The position numbers and the translations under genes were made by a program. From a virus (taxonomy: Duplodnaviria; Caudoviricetes), in IMG/VR virus record IMGVR_UViG_2974508059_000001, positions 180,951 to 244,950 of that record: a stretch of 64,000 bases of DNA. One strand, 5' to 3'. How positions within the stretch are numbered: the stretch's first letter is position 1; every line of letters starts with the position of its first letter. The notes under the pieces were generated by a model that saw only the letters and a list, made by a program, of their open reading frames with translations, was not told where the DNA came from and did not search any database. This document shows, in pieces, positions 39,650 through 48,071 of this stretch.

Positions 39650-41106
39650 TTAACCAATATTCCCTGAACGCTGCCACCAACGCGATGCTGTTGGCAAAGC
39701 AAGCTAACCTGCACATCACAGCTGATGAAGGTTCGCCCGTTTCACTGCTGAACAAAGCAACCCCAAGCGCCACGATTTACGACTCGTCTATCACCGATGA
39801 ACAGTTTTACCAGAATCTGGCGAACGCGACCAAAGCGCGCAAGCCGACCATGGGTACCGGTGAAGAAACGATCGTCGTGGATACTGCCGCGGGCGCTGAA
39901 ATGCTGCGTGTCGATGACCACGAACCGACCCTGTTCGAACTGAAGAACATGGCGGTACAGCGTGTGAACGGTATGGTCGATTTTGGCCGTAACGTGGTCC
40001 AGCCGTTTATTGATGACGTGTTGAAGAACATGGACGTGCGTCCGGTTCAGGACACCTCGGAAGACTGGTCACTGGAACCGGTATCGATGGAAGCCTCTAT
40101 CGATGACCCGCTGGTGAATGCGCTTATCAACAGCGTGGCCAAACCCACCGCGTTTGATTTCGTGCGTGAAGCTGCCGGTATTAAAGTGCCGGAAGGTATC
40201 GAGCCACCAGTATCGGGTAGCCGTGCGCTGGACGATTTGGTTGCGCGTATCCTGAACGAAAAAGGCTGGAGCATTGGTGATGCCCTGAGCCGCATGGTGG
40301 AACCGTTTAACGTTTCCCCAGCGAACCCCGATGCCCCGAACTTTGCCAAAGACCAAGTGCTGTTTATGCTGCTCTCGTCTTACTACGTGGACAACCCGTG
40401 GGAAGGCAGCGGCGTAACGGCCAGCAAATGGGAAAACATCCTCAACGGTATCTTCTACTCCACCGTGAGCTGGACGTACCTGTTCGCCCAGAACATTGTT
40501 GAGCGTGCCCATTCTGGTCAGGTCGTGTACTCGTTCTCCCGTGCGGACAAAACCGTTTACGTTTGTCAGGAAGCGTTTGACAAGTACCTCGAAGATGGCG
40601 GTACCACCGAAGCGCTGCTGGGTGCTATCTACGCCAACGACGAAGGCGACATGAAAGCGTCTCTGCTGGGCTCGTCCATCATTGACCGTCTGGCCCACTA
40701 CACGCAGGTGTGGGAGCGTCGCTCTTCAGTGAGCCGCATGAAGGAAGACACCGATTGGTTATCTGCAAACCGTCAGGCGTTGAAAGCCGCGTTTACTGTT
40801 GCGCTGAATAATGCCGACCCGGAAACCTTCGCGCGTAACGCAGCGGACGAGCTCTTCACACTTGAGCAGATTCGCATCGGGGTGTTCTCCTCTATCGACT
40901 ATCGCTTCAACCGTGACTGTACGGACATTGCGGCATTCGTTATCCCACTGACCGCTGCGGAAGTCTTTGGCGAATACGAAATCAGTAAACTGCTGATGGC
41001 GATTCACGAGGGTATGATCAGAAATGATAACCCAGCCGAAGTCGCGTCCGAGTGGGCAGCGAACTACATCATCGAATGGTTGATGCTGGGTCTGCTGGTT
41101 GAATAA
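39646..41106 (+). CDS. Putative virion (head) protein
   Basis: GGAGG SD; lies between the vRNAP and protease genes as in phiKZ-like phages. Confidence 0.65.
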   Translation: MINQYSLNAATNAMLLAKQANLHITADEGSPVSLLNKATPSATIYDSSITDEQFYQNLANATKARKPTMGTGEETIVVDTAAGAEMLRVDDHEPTLFELKNMAVQRVNGMVDFGRNVVQPFIDDVLKNMDVRPVQDTSEDWSLEPVSMEASIDDPLVNALINSVAKPTAFDFVREAAGIKVPEGIEPPVSGSRALDDLVARILNEKGWSIGDALSRMVEPFNVSPANPDAPNFAKDQVLFMLLSSYYVDNPWEGSGVTASKWENILNGIFYSTVSWTYLFAQNIVERAHSGQVVYSFSRADKTVYVCQEAFDKYLEDGGTTEALLGAIYANDEGDMKASLLGSSIIDRLAHYTQVWERRSSVSRMKEDTDWLSANRQALKAAFTVALNNADPETFARNAADELFTLEQIRIGVFSSIDYRFNRDCTDIAAFVIPLTAAEVFGEYEISKLLMAIHEGMIRNDNPAEVASEWAANYIIEWLMLGLLVE

Positions 41107-41129
41107 CCTGCCTACACGGGAGGGTTGCC

Positions 41130-41852
41130 ATGAGCGCCATTGAAACAGCAACGCGGAATCCCAGTAAGGTGCACGCGGATTTGATGAAGCAAGGCGTGGC
41201 GACATTAACCAAAGGGGGGTGTTTCATTTACATCCCCGTTGGTTTCGCATCAAAGGAGCTGGCGTTTATTTCCAGCACGGTTGAGATTGTTGGCATGTTT
41301 GCTATCAGTACCGACCGTAAAACCTTTGGCGTGAGTAACGTCACAACGCTGATTGAAATCACCCCTTCCTCTTTTGAGGAAATTACGGTTCACGGCGAGC
41401 CGTACTACGAATTCCGATTCGACCCGGGGACGGTAGTATTCCCGAACCGACAGCTACAGGTCGTCTCCAACCACGTCTACAACATTGCTTCCTTTGTGTA
41501 TGACTTTGGTAACCGTCCGTTCTGGATGAACGCGGTGGACGATGCTGAGCTGCTATCGAATACAAAAAAATGGAATGGCTTCCAAGTATTCGCAGACCAG
41601 ATTACCGCTGACTGTTATGCTGCACACACACAGCGTACGCTCGGTGACCCGCGTCAGTTCTTTCGTTATTCGTTGAAGAAGGACTCGGACTTGTTCAAAC
41701 CTGTCCAGTTCATTCCTCTGCGCGACGGCAGCCTAAACAAAACATCTCGTTTGGCGAAACTCGCCGACGTTGAATTACGTCGCGGTATTATGTCCGCGCT
41801 GTCAGTCGACCCGGTACGAGCCGAACCACTCGAAGATCTCTTTATGCGGTAA
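41130..41852 (+). CDS. Conserved virion protein (phiKZ gp176-like)
   Basis: GGAGG SD; immediately upstream of the prohead protease. Confidence 0.65.
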   Translation: MSAIETATRNPSKVHADLMKQGVATLTKGGCFIYIPVGFASKELAFISSTVEIVGMFAISTDRKTFGVSNVTTLIEITPSSFEEITVHGEPYYEFRFDPGTVVFPNRQLQVVSNHVYNIASFVYDFGNRPFWMNAVDDAELLSNTKKWNGFQVFADQITADCYAAHTQRTLGDPRQFFRYSLKKDSDLFKPVQFIPLRDGSLNKTSRLAKLADVELRRGIMSALSVDPVRAEPLEDLFMR

Positions 41853-41864
41853 TCAGGAGCGGTC

Positions 41865-42680
41865 ATGGAAAATTTATCGATGCGTTACAACTGTGTAGCG
41901 CTCGCCGGTGTCAACGCCGGGGCTTCACTGCAAAAAGACAGCGACGGCTACTACCGCGTGCTGCTGGCGGCGCTGAACGTGTTCAACTCCGAAGGGGTGT
42001 TCTACGCGTTCAACGAATCCAAGCACGTGTTCGATCGTTCGAATGTCTTTATGCGCAAAGTACAGGCAGGTAACCTCTACGGTGAAGAGGATCACCCACC
42101 GTGGGAACAAGGCATGTCGGATTCGGCGTTTATGGAACGCAACGAATGGATTGAAACCAAAAACGTTTCACACCACATTCGTGAAGTCGAACTCGTCAAC
42201 ACCACGCAGACCTGTAATGGGATGCCTGTGGTCGAAGTGTGGGGTTGGGTTAAACCTAACCGTGAACGTGGCCCGCTGTTGGCGGAAGCGCTGGAAAACC
42301 CACACCAGAACGTCTGCTTCTCACTGCGTGCCATCGTACGTGAGAAACGTGTCAACGGTGTTGTCACTCGTCGTATTGACAAGCTCATCACCTTTGACTG
42401 GGTTATTGAAGACGGTCTGCAGATCTGTAACAAATACTCCGCGATGCAGCGTGGCTCTAAAGTCGCGCAAGAATCGACCCGTATGTATTTGGACCGTGTC
42501 ATCACCCGTGAAGCGCTGGAAGATATCCTTTACAGTGCACGCGAGAAGACACTGGTCGGAACAGAGTCGACCCGTCAGAATCAACTGCGTTCCATCGCAG
42601 AGGAATACTTAGGCTTTGCTGCGCAAGCTGAGCAACGCTCTAACTTCCGTGTGATGGGCTTAGGGACGAAGCGCTGGTAA
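41865..42680 (+). CDS. Prohead protease (phiKZ gp175 / SPN3US gp245-like)
   Basis: LYGEEDHP, NVSHHI, CFSLR and TFDWV motifs; C-terminal AQE-S and GTE-S candidate autocleavage sites. Confidence 0.9.
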   Translation: MENLSMRYNCVALAGVNAGASLQKDSDGYYRVLLAALNVFNSEGVFYAFNESKHVFDRSNVFMRKVQAGNLYGEEDHPPWEQGMSDSAFMERNEWIETKNVSHHIREVELVNTTQTCNGMPVVEVWGWVKPNRERGPLLAEALENPHQNVCFSLRAIVREKRVNGVVTRRIDKLITFDWVIEDGLQICNKYSAMQRGSKVAQESTRMYLDRVITREALEDILYSAREKTLVGTESTRQNQLRSIAEEYLGFAAQAEQRSNFRVMGLGTKRW

Positions 42681-43306
42681 TGGACACTTACGCCGCGTCT
42701 CTTGAGAAATGGCTTCAGAACCAGATGCCCCGTGTGGCGAAGAAATCAACCCTTCGCCTGCTGGACACCCCGCCGCTGCACATCAGCACCGCGCGGATTA
42801 AAATGTTCAGCCCACGTATTCCGTTGTCATTAACGAATGATGAAGACAAAACCGTTCCGCGGGTTTGTTGTTCAGTAGACTTAGCCCGGTGTCTTGCATC
42901 GGCCCGTCACATTCTGAGAACGGATGAACCGCCTCGACAGATTTTCATCTACGCGTTTACTGAACGAAGTGTTGTTCAGCCGTCGATAGAACTCAGTCAG
43001 GAACCGGTACGTGCTGGGGAAGTGTGGATTGTGCCACATCGCATGGGGAACTGGGAATTGTACCCGGATGTGATTGGTGAACTCCGCCTGATGGAAATGA
43101 ACGGGGAAGGTAATCGCTTTGTCTTTGCAGTCCGCTGTGGGCAGAGCGTTACATTGCGCAACGGTGAAACGCTGCGCGAGGGTCCGATTTACCGTATCGA
43201 AGTGACGATTAACCGTCAGGACTGTACGGTAAACGTGGGTGAGTGCTGGGAGATTGATCCTAGCATTTTCGATCGTGCACTTGACTGTTACACCGTCAGC
43301 AACTAG
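42680..43306 (+). CDS. Hypothetical protein (phiKZ gp174-like position)
   Basis: TAATG coupling; FSPRIP......ED.TVPRVC and GEVWIV motifs. Confidence 0.7.
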   Translation: MDTYAASLEKWLQNQMPRVAKKSTLRLLDTPPLHISTARIKMFSPRIPLSLTNDEDKTVPRVCCSVDLARCLASARHILRTDEPPRQIFIYAFTERSVVQPSIELSQEPVRAGEVWIVPHRMGNWELYPDVIGELRLMEMNGEGNRFVFAVRCGQSVTLRNGETLREGPIYRIEVTINRQDCTVNVGECWEIDPSIFDRALDCYTVSN

Positions 43307-43350
43307 CTCCAGTGTTCGTGGTCTGCAATCACATCACACGAGGGGGTCGC

Positions 43351-43653
43351 ATGAAGGTTGTAAATGTTAAAGTACCTCCGAGCCTTCAGTCGCTCTCAGC
43401 CGATGAGCTTAAGCAACTGGCGGTCCGTACGATTATTGGTCGTGGCGGGAAGGAAGCACTGATTGAGGTATTGGGTTTAGGCGGGCGGTTGGACACCAAA
43501 CGCAAACTCAACAACGCCGCTTCTGCGGTCGCGCCGATGGACTTGGCTGCGTTCGCACTCGACCTGCAAATGGTTGGGACAGACATTGATTTCAATAAGA
43601 CGTATTTCTTGCTAGCCGAACCTCTGCGTGGTCTCTTAACGCTGAAGCAATAA
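43351..43653 (+). CDS. Hypothetical protein
   Basis: GAGG SD before ATG 43351. Confidence 0.6.
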   Translation: MKVVNVKVPPSLQSLSADELKQLAVRTIIGRGGKEALIEVLGLGGRLDTKRKLNNAASAVAPMDLAAFALDLQMVGTDIDFNKTYFLLAEPLRGLLTLKQ

Positions 43654-43757
43654 TGCGAAGGGAGACCGTGCACCTTCAGTAATGGTGGGGGCTGTTACTT
43701 TTTTACTGCATATGGGTTTGATGTAGTAGAGGTTGTCACGGATTAGGATCAATTGAA

Positions 43758-44309
43758 ATGATTAGTTTGGATAGCGATGGCGTGTTTGCCGCTTGGCGAA
43801 AGTATGTGTTCACCAAGCACCTAACGACGATGACCCCGGAGGTGTTTAACAAGCTTCCTGAGTCGCGTCGCCGGTTTCTGATGAGGGAGATGTATCAAAA
43901 GGACCCGGATCTGTTTTACAAGTTGGAACCCATTCCCGGTACTGAGAAAATACTCGAGGCCGCGATGACATGCACAGACGGTTGGCAGATACTGACTTCG
44001 GCAGCAGATGATCACCCCGAGTACAATCATGTCGTTGAGTGTAAACACGAATGGTTTAAAAAGCATTTTGCTGTACCCGCTGCGCGTATTACCGTCGTGG
44101 AGAATTCGGCAGCGAAAAAACAATACGCAGGACGCGGAGACATGCTGGTCGACGATTATCGTCGTAACTGTAACGAGTGGTCAGTCAATGGTGGTTTTGC
44201 GGTATGGACGTTAACAGACCGCCCAGACATTGACGGCATCGTCAGTATCATCAGCAACTATCAGGAAGATGCAAGCTTGGGCACAGGCCTGCTTTTGCAA
44301 TTGCATTAA
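43758..44309 (+). CDS. HAD-family 5'(3')-deoxyribonucleotidase (NT5C-like)
   Basis: LDSDGV, ILTS, K..W, K..Y and LVDD motifs. Confidence 0.85.
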   Translation: MISLDSDGVFAAWRKYVFTKHLTTMTPEVFNKLPESRRRFLMREMYQKDPDLFYKLEPIPGTEKILEAAMTCTDGWQILTSAADDHPEYNHVVECKHEWFKKHFAVPAARITVVENSAAKKQYAGRGDMLVDDYRRNCNEWSVNGGFAVWTLTDRPDIDGIVSIISNYQEDASLGTGLLLQLH

Positions 44310-44323
44310 ACCGGTTTATCAGA

Positions 44324-44363
44324 GGTGGGTCCCTTCGGGGGCTCACCCCTACTCTATTTTTTT
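44324..44363 (+). terminator. Rho-independent terminator (UUCG loop)
   Basis: GGTGGGTCCC-TTCG-GGGGCTCACC, with the T-tract about 9 nt downstream. Confidence 0.65.
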
Positions 44364-44366
44364 AGA

Positions 44367-44386
44367 GATAGATATTATCCATGTGA
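44367..44386 (+). promoter_or_regulatory. Putative early promoter GATAGATATTAT-N4-GTGA
   Basis: Copy of the five-copy motif. Confidence 0.7.
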
Positions 44387-44434
44387 GCTATTACGTATTA
44401 AGCTTTACTAATCGACTAATCATAGAGGCCTATC

Positions 44435-45121
44435 ATGGAAAAGATGTCTGGTTTGGAAATCAATGCACTGCGTTTGAAAGTTCGTACTTACTTCAAAGAG
44501 TTCTACAAGAAGACCGATTCTGCACATCGTATCGACCACATCGATTCGGTGATAACCAACACAATTCGTATCTGTCATCTGATGGACTGGCAAGAGCACC
44601 TGCCACTGGCTATCGTTGCCGCCGGTCTGCATGACATTTACAGCACCACTGAATTTCGCACTGACCATCACATCCGGGCATTCACTTGGGCCATGGATAA
44701 CAAAGCCAAACTCAAGCGTCGCTTTAAGATGACTGACGATGATGTGATGACGGTTGCCTACGCCGCGTTGGAACATCGGGGTTCGTACAAGGGTGAGCGC
44801 TACAACGGTATCGTGTCTGAGATACTGGCCGCGGCTGACCGGGGTATTCCGTCCACCGAGGAAGTCAGCAATTACGCTGGAAGGTCCTATTTGTACGCGC
44901 GCTCGCATGGCAAGTCGTCCACCGATGCGAAGTTCCATGCCATTCGTCACATCCAAGACAAATTCGGTCGTAACGGTTATGGTCGTGTACCTGACTGGTA
45001 CGGCGTTTTATTTGCAGAGCGTTTAGAGAAACGGTTGGAGCTGATTGAGTCACTCGATATCGATTTCTTCGATGCTGCATTTACCCAAGAGTTAGAACGT
45101 ACCTACCAAGCGTCCCTTTGA
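44435..45121 (+). CDS. HD-domain metal-dependent phosphohydrolase
   Basis: D.AH...H, LHD, H, EH and AAD motifs. Confidence 0.85.
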   Translation: MEKMSGLEINALRLKVRTYFKEFYKKTDSAHRIDHIDSVITNTIRICHLMDWQEHLPLAIVAAGLHDIYSTTEFRTDHHIRAFTWAMDNKAKLKRRFKMTDDDVMTVAYAALEHRGSYKGERYNGIVSEILAAADRGIPSTEEVSNYAGRSYLYARSHGKSSTDAKFHAIRHIQDKFGRNGYGRVPDWYGVLFAERLEKRLELIESLDIDFFDAAFTQELERTYQASL

Positions 45122-45132
45122 AAATAAAAAGG

Positions 45133-45152
45133 GATAGATATTATTTCCGTGA
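45133..45152 (+). promoter_or_regulatory. Putative early promoter GATAGATATTAT-N4-GTGA
   Basis: Copy of the five-copy motif. Confidence 0.7.
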
Positions 45153-45186
45153 ACTACTACCCATTAACCATTGTAAGGATTAAAGA

Positions 45187-45696
45187 ATGACCGTTAAATT
45201 GCACTCACTGAAAGACCTCGTTGCCGCTCTGTCTCCAGAAGACGAAAGCATTGTTACCATCAACGAAAACAACGGCCTCGATGGCGCGGTCAAAGACCGT
45301 GTGAACGAAGCGTACGCAGCGACTCTGCCGACACTGTCACTGGAAGTGCCGGAAGACCACAAAGGTAAACTGGTCTATCAGGTTACCCCAACCGATATGG
45401 ATGGCTTCCGTAAGCACGACGCTAACTTCGGTGAAGCGCTGGGCTCCATCATCGCACCGGTTGTAGCGGCACACGTTAAGGCCAACGAAGACGTGGCGCA
45501 GCTGGACCTGACGGTGAACGTCGGTAACGCCGACTTCTCCACCGTGTTCGCGCGTCCGACTAGTGAGACCCCGTCTGAGAAAGAGTGGGCGTCCTCCATC
45601 GGCTTTGGTTATTCCACACCGAAGATGAAGTCGCTGGAAGGCAAAGTCCGCAAAGACTTCGGCAAGTCCTTCTTCGAAACTGAAGATGAAGAGTAA
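45187..45696 (+). CDS. Hypothetical acidic protein
   Basis: TAAGGA SD; own promoter motif; acidic tail ETEDEE. Confidence 0.8.
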   Translation: MTVKLHSLKDLVAALSPEDESIVTINENNGLDGAVKDRVNEAYAATLPTLSLEVPEDHKGKLVYQVTPTDMDGFRKHDANFGEALGSIIAPVVAAHVKANEDVAQLDLTVNVGNADFSTVFARPTSETPSEKEWASSIGFGYSTPKMKSLEGKVRKDFGKSFFETEDEE

Positions 45697-45877
45697 GAGC
45701 TTCTGGGTCCCCCGGATGACCATTGAAAGTCATCCGGATGTGATTCCGTTCACAGGCATTCGAAAGGATGGCACTGTCGCACCTCCTGAACAATTGGGGA
45801 TGACGATAACCATTCAACGGCCGCCGTATGAGATGCCAGAGAAACCTTATCCGGTACCTAAGCGACGTCGTCAGTAA
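45686..45877 (+). CDS. Small hypothetical protein
   Basis: Fills the gap up to the terminator; start codon uncertain. Confidence 0.4.
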   Translation: MKSKSFWVPRMTIESHPDVIPFTGIRKDGTVAPPEQLGMTITIQRPPYEMPEKPYPVPKRRRQ

Positions 45878-45881
45878 CACA

Positions 45882-45914
45882 AGTCCCCTACTTCGGTAGG
45901 GGCTTTCTTTTTTT
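45882..45914 (+). terminator. Rho-independent terminator (UUCG loop)
   Basis: CCCCTAC-TTCG-GTAGGGG plus T-tract. Confidence 0.85.
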
Positions 45915-45927
45915 ATCGGAGACTCAC

Positions 45928-46287
45928 ATGCACGATAAAGGCAACGGCCGAACCGTCGAAAACGGTGTAGTAGTTCGTGACCCGAATGGGCTTACCGGCA
46001 TCGAAGTTGATATCCACGGCTTCCCAATCAAGATCAGCTCACTGCGCAGCAGCGACAACCCGCTAATGAAAGAAGTCTGGAGAGAGATTTTGTATCTCAG
46101 CGATTCCATGCACTCCATTATTCCATTGGCGGCTTGGGTGCACTTTGAACCACTCCCCGAGCGGGTACTGAATCTGATTGGTTCAAATCGCAACACGCAT
46201 ACCCTGTCCCTCTCCCCCACTAAGTTCGGCGAGGCCTTTAAGAATTGTGAGGTACACTTGACGTGGGAGCCACTCCCAAATATGTGA
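45928..46287 (+). CDS. Hypothetical protein
   Basis: GGAG SD. Confidence 0.65.
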   Translation: MHDKGNGRTVENGVVVRDPNGLTGIEVDIHGFPIKISSLRSSDNPLMKEVWREILYLSDSMHSIIPLAAWVHFEPLPERVLNLIGSNRNTHTLSLSPTKFGEAFKNCEVHLTWEPLPNM

Positions 46288-46384
46288 CCCGCTGGGAGAC
46301 TTCTGTCTCCCTTTCTTTTTTTTGTTTTTACACGTTACCCAATACATGTGTAGCGAACCACACACAGCATCCGAGGAATTTACC

Positions 46385-46669
46385 ATGCCCAATCTGGGAA
46401 CCATTAATCAAATCCATAACATGCCGCCAGAGCCTGTTGCCATTGCCGTACTGGAAGTGTTAGAAAAGCACCCAGAGAAGTTTCCACTCGAAGCCATTGT
46501 TGAAGTCGGGATCAGCTTTGAATTCCGGGAGAACTATATCCCGTTGGAATTCTATGACTTCCACTCACACGTCATTAAAATGAAGATGACGGCGAAAGTG
46601 CCGTACACTCAAATGCGTGTGTCTTACTTCACAGCCAAAGGCGAGAGTAATGAACCTAAAGAATCCTGA
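46385..46669 (+). CDS. Hypothetical protein
   Basis: GAGG SD; preceded by TTTTAC-N15-TGTG at 46326-46350. Confidence 0.65.
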   Translation: MPNLGTINQIHNMPPEPVAIAVLEVLEKHPEKFPLEAIVEVGISFEFRENYIPLEFYDFHSHVIKMKMTAKVPYTQMRVSYFTAKGESNEPKES

Positions 46670-47138
46670 TTTCCGTAAAGCGTTTATGGACGACCTTGGT
46701 GCCATCGTTGACACTTACGTGGCCGCGTACAAAGGCAGCGTTGAGTCTGAAGAAACGTTTAACGGTGCAACGAACTTCGCAGCTGAACTGATTCCCCACA
46801 CCACCAACGGGTATCAGCGTTATCTGGATGAGCAACGTCAGTCCGATAACAAGGTCAGCGTGCTGGCCGGTTTCCTGATTAACCTGACGGCGCATCTGAA
46901 ATGCCAGTTTGGCACCGCGGTGTTAGATGAACTGCAGTCGGAAATCATCAAGGTCAATCTGGTACAGGGACCCAGCGATCAATCGCGCAATGCCTTGTCG
47001 CTGTGGATGCTGGCCTACAACTCCGGTGACGAATACACCCCGCCCAGTGACTACAATGCGCTGGTCACGTATCTGTTCCTGCAACGGGCACGTTGGCTGT
47101 TGGTCAAGGGCAAAGTTGTTGAGATGACAAAAGAATAA
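46650..47138 (+). CDS. Hypothetical protein
   Basis: 162-aa ORF overlapping the upstream gene. Confidence 0.7.
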   Translation: MNLKNPDFRKAFMDDLGAIVDTYVAAYKGSVESEETFNGATNFAAELIPHTTNGYQRYLDEQRQSDNKVSVLAGFLINLTAHLKCQFGTAVLDELQSEIIKVNLVQGPSDQSRNALSLWMLAYNSGDEYTPPSDYNALVTYLFLQRARWLLVKGKVVEMTKE

Positions 47139-47183
47139 AAGTAACCCCACTCATCTGAGTGGGGTACTTCACTTATTTTTTTT
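47134..47183. terminator. Bidirectional terminator between convergent genes
   Basis: ACCCCACTC-ATCT-GAGTGGGGT stem with A/T flanks. Confidence 0.85.
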
Positions 47184-47186
47184 GCC

Positions 47187-48065
47187 CTAGCCGCGCAGCT
47201 GGTTGGTCATGAACTCGTCAGAAACTGAACGATAACCACCCGGGGTCGCATTGACGTCTGGGTTGATGCCATCAGTTTGCTGAGACGGAGTCAGCCACAG
47301 CTTACGAGAGTACGGACGCAGACCGTACAGCTTCATGCGCTCCAGTTCCACATCCGCCGCCTGCATCGCGCCCCAACCTGTCCATTGCTGGGAGGTAAAG
47401 GAGATAGACAGTTCGTTGGTCTGTGGACCGGTATTTGGATCACGGTCGCCCGTATCCTGACCGGCCGCTTCTGGAATCATGTTCGTGAGCCAGAAGGCGT
47501 TCTGTGCTTTGCGCTGGTACGCATCCGGTTCGATATACAGCACAGTCATGCTATACATGTCCGGCAGGAAGTCAGGTACGTTCGGGTTGATTGCAGCAAT
47601 CCCCGGGTGCCCTGTATCCTTATCCATGATGCCGTACGTCAGCCACGCCCACAGCATGTTCTGGAACACCTTACCGTGTTTATCCGGTGTGGTGTGCGTC
47701 ACAGCTGAGATAGCTTCGGTAACCATACCCGCTTCATACTGGATACGGTTGTTACGGCCCTGCTGGGTCTGCACGGCTTCGTGGCTCAGGGTCTTGTCCA
47801 GTCCAGAGATGGTGGAGTGCACCTCAATGAAGGACTTGATGGCCTGACGCCAGATAGCCGGGTTCGGCATGTAGTCTACCCATTTCGGGTATTCCATCAC
47901 GCGGGCAATGACGTTACGACGCAGACGGTGGGCGTTCGTAACAAACTTACCAACCTGTCCAACCGGGCCGTTCTGGCCCGAGCTGAAGGGGTTGACCATG
48001 TCGTATTTACCGCCATCGACATGCAGGCCTTGGTCAGGAAGGACCAAACGTTCAACAAGTGCCAT
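47187..48065 (-). CDS. Tail tube protein (phiKZ gp30-like)
   Basis: 292 aa directly downstream of the sheath gene; YSMTVLYIEPD and WLTNMIP motifs. Confidence 0.8.
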   Translation of the reverse strand: MALVERLVLPDQGLHVDGGKYDMVNPFSSGQNGPVGQVGKFVTNAHRLRRNVIARVMEYPKWVDYMPNPAIWRQAIKSFIEVHSTISGLDKTLSHEAVQTQQGRNNRIQYEAGMVTEAISAVTHTTPDKHGKVFQNMLWAWLTYGIMDKDTGHPGIAAINPNVPDFLPDMYSMTVLYIEPDAYQRKAQNAFWLTNMIPEAAGQDTGDRDPNTGPQTNELSISFTSQQWTGWGAMQAADVELERMKLYGLRPYSRKLWLTPSQQTDGINPDVNATPGGYRSVSDEFMTNQLRG

Positions 48066-48071
48066 GTTCTA

